Source: Octopus bimaculoides (Eukaryota). Taken from it: a stretch of 52,529 nucleotides of DNA. The notes under the pieces are model-generated. The model was given only the letters and a program-made list of their open reading frames with translations, was not told the origin of the DNA and did no database searches. How positions within the stretch are numbered: position 1 is the stretch's first letter; each line of letters opens with the position of its first letter. A program made the position numbers and the translations under genes. The DNA lies in the NCBI RefSeq assembly GCF_001194135.2, contig NC_068985.1:98706508-98759036 (forward strand). The letters are read 5' to 3'. Positions 35,381 to 47,175 of the stretch are shown here, piece by piece.

Positions 35381-37928
35381 TTTAGTCTGGCACTCTTCTA
35401 CTTTTGCTAATCCTGTGATTTTAAAGCGTAGAAACTACCAGCAAGTGTTTTGGGTCCCTCTACTTTATTGTAATGGTGTGAAATGTAGTACCTGATCTGA
35501 GTGGGGTCTTAAGCCTATATGCATGTTTCTACATATATTTGTTAAATCTTTGTTCTGATCACCTATTTGTTGTTTATCTCCACCATTCAAAAGCTATTTC
35601 ATTCAGACTTTAATATCTATAGTTTCAGCTGTGTAATAAGCCAATTTTGAAGCTCGGGGCCAAAAAGAAAGGTTGAAGCACAGTTAATAACGGCTTTGGT
35701 CTAGAGTTTTATTTACTAGTGCTAATAACTTAATCCACTTAAGTTAACGAAGGAAATACAAAAAAACCTGTTAAAGAATGTTATTTAAGCCTTGAAAGTC
35801 TTGAAGAGTACTGCTTTTTTTAACATTGAGCTTAGAGTATTTTGCTGAAGTTTGCACAATAAGCATTTTTGGAGAATGAGAGATGATACACATTTCTGTA
35901 CATATATTCAGTTATTTCTTGTCCATTATTATTTATCTGGTGCTTTATTCACAGCTGGTCTGTTTTTGACAATTATTTCAGACAATCATTTGTCAGGATT
36001 TTTAGAAGCTAGGTAAAATCTTCTCAACTAATAATAAAGATTTGACAATAACATACCACCAAATACATGAATTGATTCTCAGACAAGCTAAGCTTTCTTT
36101 TGAAATAACAGTTTATGTCTCGTATATCAAAAATCTGGATTCACTGAAGCTGAATTGAATTTCGACTGTCTGGCTTGTATACACCCACTGGAGTCTATAA
36201 CCTTGAACTCTTAATGTAATAAATGCACTTTACGACTATACTGGATTGTGACTGGAATTTGAATTTATCCACCGACATGAATCAAATCAGAAAATATATA
36301 TCAAGTTGGACAGGATGTGCTGCGTCGGACCTCCTTTTTTTCTTCTTAGTATCTGAGGGTTAAGCATTGATGTCTCTGTCATTTGTTGTACGCAAGCACC
36401 AGTGAGTAACTAAATGATTCCAGGAGAATAACTGAATGAAGAAAACCACAGGATTCAAAATTTTCTGTATATTGAATCTTGACTCTAACGTTCTTCTTCG
36501 TAACATTGTGACTGTTACTTTGAACTGAATTCCGTTAACATCACGAGTCATGGCTGACAATAATACCGGATTCTCTGAAGTTCAAGGAGTGACTCACTCC
36601 AGTTTTACTAGATTTTTCGCGGGTCTTTTGAATTTACGATGAGATCCCAATAACTATGTTTCTTTTTAATGTGTAAAGAGTGACTGACAAAAGATTTTAG
36701 GGTTAACTGGGTTGATCTACAGAGTAATAACCAAAAGTAGTACAATAGATGTGGATCATTTATCACTGTAGTTTGCAGAGTGTTTTAACACGTATATATA
36801 AGTTCTATCCGCCCACAGGTGCAAAATACTTGAACTTCCTTTTGTCACTAGGTTCACAAATTCACAAAGGATTAACAAAACACCATAGCCATCCATCATG
36901 TTTCCTCAACACCCAGTTCATGAATGGTGATGGTGATTATCCTAAACAGCTCTAATCTGGGTTTGACAAAATATGCTCTTTGTGGCGGCAGGTTTCTAGG
37001 TTGATGTGTGTATGTGTTTGTGCTGCGCAAGTGATAAAAGATAGTGATAACAGCATTCCATTTTCTCTCAAATTCAACCCACATCTTCGTGATAATTACA
37101 CTTGCTTGAAGTGTACTGCAAAGCAACCTACATTACCCATTCATTCGCTTAGCCACTTTCTTACTCTCTATCCACCTCACTAGCTTTCGTATCGTTCTCT
37201 GTTGCTCTCGTCCCTTCTCTCTCTTTCTCTCTCTTTCTTTCTCTCTCTCTCTCTCCTTCTCTTTCGCACAAGCACACACGTGTATGTATTTTAATATTAC
37301 AGCCTTTTTTTCTCGTGTATCTGGTGAATGAGAAATTTTGATGTTGTTGCCGTCATCTGTTTCTTCCAATGCCTTGCACAGATTTTACCAGTGTATTTTG
37401 AATATATTATTTAGTCCCTTACGCTTACTAAGGAATCGGTGTTCTTTGAACCACATGTTATTACAAGATCTTGTAACCATGGATAAAGAGAGACTGAAAT
37501 GTGTGCACAATGCCATGACGCTCAGTTCGGCATGAGAATTATGAATAATTACATATGGTATCGCGATCTTCCATAGCATTTTATATCCATGCTGCTATGT
37601 GGAAGACAGTTCATACTGGTAAATATGTAATTTCCCTACATTGATTTTCATGCATTTTCCATAAGTATACGTGTGTGTATTTGGAAGATTATTTTTTAAT
37701 AGCTTAGATACAAGAAGGCTCCTACGACTGGGTGAATAGAAGGGGTTTATACAGGAAATATGAATCGTCTTCATGTAGCAGAATGGATTCTACTAAAGGC
37801 ACACAAGAGCCAGATGGCAATGGTAAACCAAGCGAGGAATATAGTTATGGATAGCTTTTGATATTTTTGCATTCTCATAAGAGTAGCTGGGTTAATAAAC
37901 GAGCGTATGTGAGTTAATGCATAGTATG

Positions 37929-37968
<40 letters not shown>

Positions 37969-38899
37969 TGTAACTGTTTTCATCGAATGAAGAGTGTGGA
38001 ATAATTTTCACCTACCTTTTCTTTTTTATTACTTAATTCTTCACTAAGAAACTTGTATATAAATCCAGCAAAACTTGGGACAAATTTATATCTCTCAATA
38101 ACTAAAACTCAAGATTTTATCTGAGGCCGTTTGAACAGATAAACAGTTTCAGTAACGTTCAAAAAGCTTGCACATACCTATGAGAATAACCTAGTTGTAG
38201 TTTATGGTGCTAATAAGATGAGATTAAATCACTGTATACATCGGAAGAAAATGTGCTACATGTTGGTTTCTCACAGGAGTTGTTCTACACTGTGGAATAC
38301 TACTTTAACCCCTTTACCTGTCCGAAGCAGTTTCATAAGTTTGTTGTAGTTAGCCCTTCTTTCATACGATCTGATTAATATAAAGCTTTCCTTTTGTAAG
38401 TCCCAATTTACTCTGGCAGTTGAAAGAAAATGGAGAATATGCAACGTATATGATGCATGAACGCCAGGGAAATATGTCCTCTGTATCACATATGATATAC
38501 AGGAGAGATGAGGGATTAATCAATCATTTGGTGGATGGATGCCAGAATTCCAGAGCGCCTGACACAATCTTGAGGAACATGGTTATGTCCTTTGCGTCCC
38601 GCCCAGACACACATTTGCTTTTCATCCTTCCGACCTCGATAAAGCTATTAGGCGTCGTTACTATCGACGATAATCCAAAATGTGGCACTCCATCATGCCC
38701 ACAGTTTGATTACTGAAGCCTATATTAATGTTTTTAATCTGAAATATTTACTGGAATATAAATTAAACCAGGGATTAGCAACTTCTTTGAAATTGTTCTC
38801 TTCTTTGTTTTTACTGTTGCCCTCATTCCGCGAATTGCACACTAACCACCTGTTCCAATCACTGGCAATGCTAATCCATGAGAAGATCGTGAGGATAGT

Positions 38900-39231
38900 C
38901 TTCAGGCACCTCCTCCATAGGGTTCTATTAAAAACAACCGCCATTACACTTTCCAGTTGGATTCCTAAGCGTGACAAACCGATACCACGGATATTATCCA
39001 TCCATCTAGTTTTTAGTGTACTCCTCGATCTCCTGCCGGTTGGTTTGGTTTGGTTTGAATAATCCGTCATGTGATTATTTCTTGCATCATTCTAATCGCA
39101 TGTCTGTAGTACCAGAGCCGTGACCTCTCAATACGAAATAGCGGTTCTATAGGAAGAGATTTTCTTATTACCAAGCTACGCGCCCTATCGAGTTACATTA
39201 CTTCAGAGATCCTCTGGAGGAACTTCATTTC
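38900..39231 (-). mobile_element. RTE-type LINE 3' ORF fragment, decayed
   Basis: Minus strand EMKFLQRISEVM*LDRARSLVIRKSL.IEPL.FRIERSRLWYYRH...PTGRRSRSTLKTRWMDNI...WRR corresponds to the RTE C-terminal motifs EMKFLRRI...IER.QLRW.GHV.RM...GKRPRGRP.TRW.D. Confidence 0.8.
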
Positions 39232-40302
39232 ACAATCATATTCTTTCGGTCACTACCTCGCATTAAATTGTTAATCAAGACTAAATAAAAGCCAGTGAAA
39301 TTTTCAAAAAGAAATATCTGAGGCTCGCAGTGAATACTTTAATGGCTCCTCTATTGCCGACTCCTGTCCTAAATTCTAAACAGTTGGCGATATTTTGTAA
39401 GAAATTTGAGTAGGTTACATGGTGTCTTAATGTTACCTATCTTTTTGACAAATTTTCCAGCTTGACTTGACACACGGAATTTAGGTTGGCTTACTTCTTT
39501 CCGCACTCTCCTCTAAATCCATCTGTCATTGTTGTAAAGATAAATACCTTTTTACAATTGGAAGTATGTCAATGGTCAACGTTAAGGACAATATAGTGAA
39601 CAGAAACGAACTATTTCTTTTTTAATGAATTCAACACCCTCCCCACGTCAGCTCCCTTTTCGCACATATTTTTCCCCTCATAAGAAAGTCCTAAAAAAAA
39701 AAAAGCAGTGTGCTCTACAATAGCGGTATTTAGAGTTATAATATGCATCATGTAATACAAGTATCCCATTCATGAGAACTCGCAGATCAAGGATCACTCT
39801 CTCTCACACACATACATACAACATAGACAGCCACTATTTGCCATAGGAAGACATGTGAATGATAGTCAATCCTATTGATGTTCATATGAATATTTAGTCG
39901 GGTTTGTAGGCGCCATATATCTTGATGGTGAGACACTGCTCAAAGGTAACTTTTTTATGCTCAGGTTAAACAACATTTTTTCTTTTATTCTGTCATAGAG
40001 CTATCTTTGTTGTTGTTGTTGTTATACAGATGGCGGGAAACTACGTGCTATCATACATGCATTCATGAATGTAACCATGAAAAATGTCAATAGAAACTGT
40101 TTCTTTCCCACGCTCCGCTTTAATAGACGCATAATCAGTTTATGTAGAAACACGATTCATTGAAACTTTAAACTGCATTCTCTATATACGAGAATATTAC
40201 CCAGAATTCACTGCTTGTTGTATACACTTTATTGCTCGGAATTCAGCTAATTTAATATTTTCTTTCTTTACCGTGCGGAAACAGCTTCTGAATTCATATT
40301 AC

Positions 40303-40906
40303 GGATCTATTTTAAAACGGGGGCGCCAGTATTTTCTTAACGAAACACTTTGAAACTAGGGACACTGGTAGAATGTGTCATATAAAACATCGTTTACTCT
40401 TAGTCTTCTTAACAAAAAAAAAAAGAATTCGCAAGTTATTCCATGTTAAAGTTGTCGTATTTCTGTAATTTCAACCAATCACTGACGTCTATTCAGTCGA
40501 ATAGAGTTACTGCTGGACGGTCATAAAAATGTTATTCCCTATGACATATTTCATCCGGTTTAATCGTAATTTATACGCATATATTGTTTATATAATAAAT
40601 TACGCTGTGCGTATCTATGTGTGTAACAATTTTAGAGTTCGGATTCTAGAGTTAGGGTTAGGGTTAGGGGATTAATACGATATACACCGTTACAGCGCTA
40701 ACTGTTTTCAACTGAATAGACGTCAGTGATTAGTAGAAATTATCGAAATAAGACAATTTTTTACATGAAATAAATTCGAATACAAAAATATTTTTCTGTT
40801 CTATAACACAAAATAGATAAGTATACGAAGTTTGAAAGTCTTTCCGTACCAAAAACACTACATAAAACATAAATGAAAACTGGCGTCCGCGTTTTAAAAT
40901 AGATAC
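40303..40906. mobile_element. 604-bp foldback-type MITE with 8-bp TSD and central (TTAGGG)3
   Basis: TSD catattac at 40295-40302 and 40907-40914; 28-bp TIRs (40303-40330/40879-40906) match 25/28; perfect internal 21-bp inverted repeat 40477-40497/40711-40731; ttaggg x3 at 40652-40669. Confidence 0.85.
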
Positions 40907-43139
40907 CATATTACACATAGCATTTAAAATTTGAATAATAATTTTGACTTGGATATCAATCGAATTTACTGCCATTTATTCGTTTGGAAGACTTCTCATA
41001 TTTACACACGGTTTTCAAGTGTATAATATATTAGTTTTAATTAACGATCAACATGGATAGAATATCTTCACTTAAAACTAATTGCATGTGATTTTTCTTC
41101 TCTCTCTCTCACCCCTATGTAACGTATCACGAAACCTGCTGTTATCCTAGAATAATTTATCTGGTAGTCAAAGTACGCACAAAAGAGAAACATACTGTCA
41201 AACTTTCCCGCTAAANNNNNNNNNNATGTTTTAAATATATAAAGCAATTCATTGTACTTTATAATAATGAACTACTAAGAGATCTGCTGCTATTTTTTAT
41301 ATTTTTATTCTCGTTAACATAAGTCAGGCCTATAATATACCTGTCATATAGATCTCGGACAGCGTATACTTGACAGGTATATTCTGTGTGTACACTTGTC
41401 TACAATATGTATATCTTATAAGATTAACGACACTCAAGTTAGTTTATTATGTTGGGATTTATAAATAATTATATCTGATACGTTGAAGTATTCTGAGTAT
41501 TAAAAGTATTGTTGAAATTCGTCTAAAATGCTTTTAAGAATTTGCAACGTATGAGCACTTTTAAATTTATGTTAACTGTTGAACTGTAATAGGAGTTTAT
41601 ACGTTTATTATGTCAAAAGCACATGACTGACACTCTTGTATATACTCGCTGTAAAATAATTTTTTACGGATGTCTTTGACTACAGTCCTGCACGTGATCC
41701 TCATTGCTCAATTACCCTCTAAGCTATAATCTATGGATTTCTATAGCGCAGATTGTAAACGAAAGATCGGTATAAACCTAGGCAACCTTTTTTAGTTGCA
41801 GGTATGTTTATTCATTAGAAATAGGAGAAAAATTAGTAAAAAGCTATTTTATATGGTTGACTTTAGGAGTACCGTACAAAGAGCTGCATTCTGTGCGAGT
41901 GCTGCAGATTGCCTATGTCTGTATAAAACCGTAGTAATTAGATTTGATTTCAACTATATATTGCTCCTAATATATCTGCGTGTGTTCCTCAATATTTATG
42001 TCTGTGTATAGCTTCTTAAACCGATAGTTAGCTACAGTAAAAATTAAAAACAGAGATCTTAACAAGCATGACCAAGTCCAACAGAAATTATAGGTTTTGG
42101 TGGGAGGGGCAATTTTTCCTCAATGGATGTTGAGGATTGTTAACGGGACACAGGTTTGTTGAATAGTGTTCTCCCGCCACCAAGAAGACAAATTCTACCA
42201 AGTGCAGATCTGGTCTAAAGGCCTTCAAATTTAGGACGGCTCTAATGAATTGAGATATCTCGGCCAATCACGTAGATGCCGTCAAGCACCATGGATTTGC
42301 CAATGAAACCAGGAAAACTAATTACAAATATCCATTGCCACAGTGAACTATTACACCACCATTCAGTAATCTAATACTTTAGCAAATACTTACGATTTAC
42401 CCATCTAGCCAAATATATAGCCAGTGCCCACCTAAGAAAACACAGAAGCATAAGCACAATTCTACTTGTGTATCACTCTTGAGTCGCCCATCGCTGATCT
42501 GAGAGAACTAAATCGTGTTAGGATGTAGTATATACAAATCCACACTGAACACACAAGATACACAGCCAATAATGAATACAGGATGAATGTGTACTCTTTC
42601 AGTGGAGGCTAAGAAATATGTCACAAGATGATCGAAAAAAGTTCTCCGTCTGCTTAATCTCTAATCTCGTTCTATATAATACTCATATGGTTCTTTAAAA
42701 AATTCGGTCATTAAGACACCTCATTTTGAGATTTCATTTGACCGAAATTTTAATTTTGAAATAAAATTCCAGCTATAAAGTGAAGCAAGCTTCCTACTCC
42801 ACTCTTTTTCTATCTATACGCTTCCGTGATTTCCAAATGAATGAACCAATTCAAGTACATTGCGGCTGGATTAAAATATATTTGCGAAATGACTGGCAAT
42901 GCAAACAAGACCTTTTTCTCGAACTTCTATTTGTTGTTGTTTTTTTTTATAAGTTGGGGAAGGAAGGTCACTGTCTATAATCTTTGTCAAGTTCCCCAAG
43001 ACTGGGAAGAGAGGGAAGTTATCCTCGGTTTAGACAAACTCTGCTAAAAGAGCTCAGAAGCTATACGGTGTCTAGGGCTTCGCAAACATACACATATATA
43101 CATACATTCACATTTTTAATCGATATACTTATAATGGTA

Positions 43140-43313
43140 TATATTATTCGTGATAGGCTCCAGGACATTTTCTGTCAACAAAATTCTGCTCGTAAACGTA
43201 TCGTCCAACGCGAAGCCATTATAGAAGAATGTTTGCCTAATGTGCTGCGCAGTAGGTTTGAATAAGGAACGGTGTGGTTGCCAAACTAGCATCTTCACCA
43301 CTAAACTATGCAT
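43140..43313 (-). mobile_element. SINE family C 5' half, diverged
   Basis: gccattatagaagaatgtttgcctaatgtgctgcgcagtaggtttgaa...ggtgtggttgccaaactagcatcttcacca. Confidence 0.55.
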
Positions 43314-45724
43314 GTGTTTTTGCAGATAAGATTATTGTATCATTTTATCCTAATACACCATTAATATTTATGGCATTCGTAAAGATGGCAAAATAACTCG
43401 AACATAAGAGTTAATTCATCTGGTACCACCCGGATGGTTACATACCGCCCTGACTGTAAGTTAGACGGATTTCCTCGCTATATATTTTGTTATACTTCAT
43501 GCTAGTATTACGTTTATTTGGATGAGCGTTTTTTGTGTATCTTTCTTTAAATACTATTTCGGTTTTCCTTTTTTTTCCGCTCTCTATTGGTTTGAATTTT
43601 TTCTAGATCCTAACTAATTTGTCTAAAATTGAATATAAAATTACAACGAATCAATACCCATGAGTTTCATTAAAAACTCAAGTACTTCTATAGTTTCATC
43701 ATCTACGTTTACTTACGCTGTTGCAATTTCAAAACCGACCATGTCCAATAACTTCAATGGTGAACTAAATACATTGACAAAAAAAATATAGTAACAATAA
43801 TAATAATCACTTCAGATAAGTAACTCACACGCATCGGTTAGCAATCTGAAAGAAAAAAAATTAGACTCTCAAGACGTATACTTTGCTTTTCTGAAATCTC
43901 AACTCCTTAATCATATAGGAAGCTGAAATCTTATACTATATTCTTTTTACTAACCAGTTCTCTCTTACTGAGTTAATTCGTATTACTTTCAGAGTTTTTC
44001 ATCGAAACTGTTATTTTAGGATGAAACAAACGGAAGTTACATGTAGTGGGTTATATTTTAGTAATTTTAGTGCCCTTTTCTTATGGCAATAATATATATA
44101 ACACATCAGTTAATATCTATCGATGCATGGCACCCGAGAAACATGTAAACATTGATGTGGTTTTCGATTAATCATTAAAATAAACAAAACTGCTTCAGAG
44201 ACACGCAACGCCTAAGCTGGGACCAACAGGCAATCTATGTTTAACCCAATTTCTGGCTAAATTGGTATTTACAGCTAATAATTTACAGCTGTCTCGGATC
44301 AAATGGAAAAACTATCTTATTCCCTTTTTGAAGAATTTGTTTTGCCGAATAAAGAACTTAAAACTCTTGGGATTAGTTTACCATGATTAGTTTTATCAAT
44401 ATTTTTAATTGCTCCATTGCAGGGAACCATTGAGAGGTACGGATGCTTTACGTATCTGAGAGTTCGAATCTCGGTTTCTGGACTTTATAAAAATAAAAAA
44501 AAAATCAGTGCTGTACTGAATTATGCCCCTTGCATTCTGTACTTGAAAATCTTGTACTTAATCAAAATAAATAATTCTGCAAGAATTTATACTTATACAT
44601 GAATATATTTCTACGAAGTGAAATTCCTTTCAAATCGAGAAAAATATCTTACTATTCCCAATAATTTGGAGCTGCTAATGAACAAATAGATCACTTTACG
44701 AGTAAACAAACTTTGTATATTATCAATGCCTTTGATAAGTCAGTTGCATGCAGTCAAAGAGATTCTAATTATACGCAGAAAATCTAAAGATCTGGCCTGA
44801 CTTAATTTTTATGATTACACGTTTCTTTGGTTGAGTGAACGAGAGAAAAACTATCCTACTGGTAATTGTCTCCAAGTTTATCTATTATTATCATGCCTCG
44901 TTCTATGCATAGGACAGTAGTGATCAATATGTCCTTTCCTGACTTTTAAACATAGATCCAAACATTACAAAACAGTGAAGTACGAAAGAGAATTATCAAG
45001 CAGAATAAAAACAGAAAAAGCGAAATAATTTTTGAAATATTGTTAGCAGATGGAATAAAAGTAAAACGATTTTTCTAACAAAAATGTAATGTTATAAAAT
45101 GACATCTGAAAGTGCTTTGGTATATTCTAGCAATGTGTGCGAACAATATTTCCTGCATTTCTTTACAATTGCTGATAAGAATATTATCAGCGTTCATAAT
45201 GAGACAATTGGTTTGTCAAGAGCCCATTGCGAGTTCAGAATTAATCATTTCAACTGCTTTTGGACAATTTCAATAGAAGTAAATCTAAGTTTAAAGATGG
45301 AAACAGGAAGTTGGGAAGGAGGTTAGAGGTGTATTTGAGAGCTATAGAGAGTAAGGCTTGGATTTCGAACGAAGGTGTTTAAAATGAATAGTGAAAGTAA
45401 GATTTTGCTTTAAAATGCCTACTGGAATTGGAATTGGAATTTTACTATCATTATAGATTACTCTTGATTGTTTCTTTTGCTATATACTTGCGTTACTATT
45501 TTTATATATGATCAATAATCACTTTCGCTTTGCAATTGGAACTAACAACTAAATATGGTCTTTCGTTTTTACTTCTCTCAAATGACACTGATCATTTTCT
45601 TTAAATTTTACTGATTTAACTGTTACCTAATTGCTGAGATTGCACTACCTCTTTGTGAGCTCTTCCTTCTTCGAGGTGAATACCACAAGGTATCAAGATC
45701 AGTTTTAACCTTTTTTTTCAAAGT

Positions 45725-45835
45725 TATTGATCCCAGTACTTGGTCCAAGATTACTGGTTTTGGAACGAGTACTTTATTTCATTGACCCCGAAAGGATGAA
45801 AAACAAAAATGCTCTCGGCAGAATTCGAACACCAT
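45725..45835 (-). mobile_element. SINE family B fragment
   Basis: gatcccagtact...gtactttatttcattgaccccgaaaggatgaaa...ctcggcagaattcgaac. Confidence 0.65.
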
Positions 45836-45949
45836 TTTCACCGACGTATTCACGAACACTTGTAACTCTGAATTCGCGGCTCTCTCGGTCCTAACCAAGT
45901 TCTCAGAATCACACGATCACTTTTTCAATATACCCATGAGTGAACTTTT

Positions 45950-46075
45950 ACGTGGTCGATCGGTTGCTCTACTAGAACAAGCAGCAGTCATAAAACTCTC
46001 CCATAAATCCGCTGTCTTAAAAGACGTAATCCTAGATATCCATTCAAAAGATGGAACACGCCAGCGATCAAAGTT
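45950..46075 (+). mobile_element. Dispersed repeat family E, diverged
   Basis: gtggtcgatc...ctagaacaagcagc...ctgtcttaaaa...gtaatcctagatat. Confidence 0.45.
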
Positions 46076-46180
46076 ACACAGCCGTACGTAGATTTATGTA
46101 CCTGTTGTCAATTTCAATACAGCTATTTCATGATATATATATAAATTTAGAAGTTACTGTTAATAAATGACATATAAGTA

Positions 46181-46617
46181 AGGCGGTGAGCTGCCAGAAA
46201 CGTCAGCACGCCGGACGAAACTCTTGGCAGTATTTCGTCTGCCGTTACGTTCTGAGTTCAAATTTCACCGAGGTCGACTTTATCTTTCATCCTTTCGAGG
46301 TCGATAAATTAAGTACCAGTTACGCACTGGGGTCGATGTGATCGGCTTAATCCCTTTGTCTGTCCTTGTTTGTCTCCTCTCTGTTTAGCTTCTTGTGAGC
46401 AATAAAGGAATAAGAAACGTTAGCTGACCGGGTGAAGTGCTTAGCAGTATTTCGTCTGCTGTTACATTCTGAGTTCAAATTTCACCGAGGTCGACTTTAC
46501 TTTTCATCCTTTCGGACGTCCATATATTAAGTACCAGTTGAGTACTGGGTGGATGTACTCGACTGTCCTCCCCCCCCCCCATATCTCGAGCCTTGTGCCT
46601 ATTGTAGAAAGAATTAT
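46181..46617 (+). mobile_element. SINE family B dimer (complete first unit plus second unit lacking the extreme 5' end)
   Basis: Unit 1 46181-~46410 with B-box gagttcaaatt 46254-46264; unit 2 ~46415-46617 repeats cagtatttcgtctg..gagttcaaatttcaccgaggtcgacttta..ttcatcctttcg..aagtaccagtt. Confidence 0.9.
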
Positions 46618-46726
46618 ACATAACACACACACACACACACAAACCATACACATGCTTACAAATATGTATATTGACCACAACGAGAATAAGTTATTCCTTA
46701 ATTTATTTTATTACTTTTCCTCACAG

Positions 46727-46935
46727 TAATGGAATGACAGAATCATTTGAACATCAGACAAAATGTCTTACGTTATTTCCTCCGGATCGTTAGGTTCTGA
46801 TTTCAAATCGCACGGAGATCAACTTCGCTTTTTATCTCTTCGGAGTTAATAAAATATCAGTCATATAATAGGATTGATTTAATTTGACTGTCTCCTTCCC
46901 CAAAATTTCAGGCTTTGTAACTATGTTAGAAATAA
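46727..46935 (+). mobile_element. SINE family B, old
   Basis: gacagaatcatt...gttctgatttcaaatc...ccccaaaatttcaggctttg. Confidence 0.6.
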
Positions 46936-46959
46936 TCGTGACTGTGGATTAGAAATAAT

Positions 46960-47175
46960 TATGATAGTCATTAGAACGTAGAATAAAATACTTTGCAGTA
47001 TTATTTTTTCCGACTTTGCAGTATTTTTTTTCTGGGTTCAAATACTGCAGAGGTTAACTAAGCCTTTCATCCGTCTGGAGTCGCTAAAATACCAGTCAAA
47101 TACTGGGGAACCGAAGGTTTTGACTAACGCTCTAACACTTCTAAATTACTGACCTTGGGTCTAAATTAGAAATGT
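46960..47175 (+). mobile_element. SINE family B, old
   Basis: ctgggttcaaatactgcagagg..gcctttcatcc..ataccagtcaaatactgggg. Confidence 0.6.

Noticed and set aside
39910-39945. 36-nt ag/gt-bounded segment reading AIYLDGETLLK, reminiscent of the RNase III motif GAIYLD
   Set aside because: Weak polypyrimidine tract, too short to be diagnostic, no neighbouring exons
40652-40669. (TTAGGG)3 as a remnant chromosome end or fusion point
   Set aside because: Lies inside a TIR- and TSD-bounded element; explained as transposon cargo
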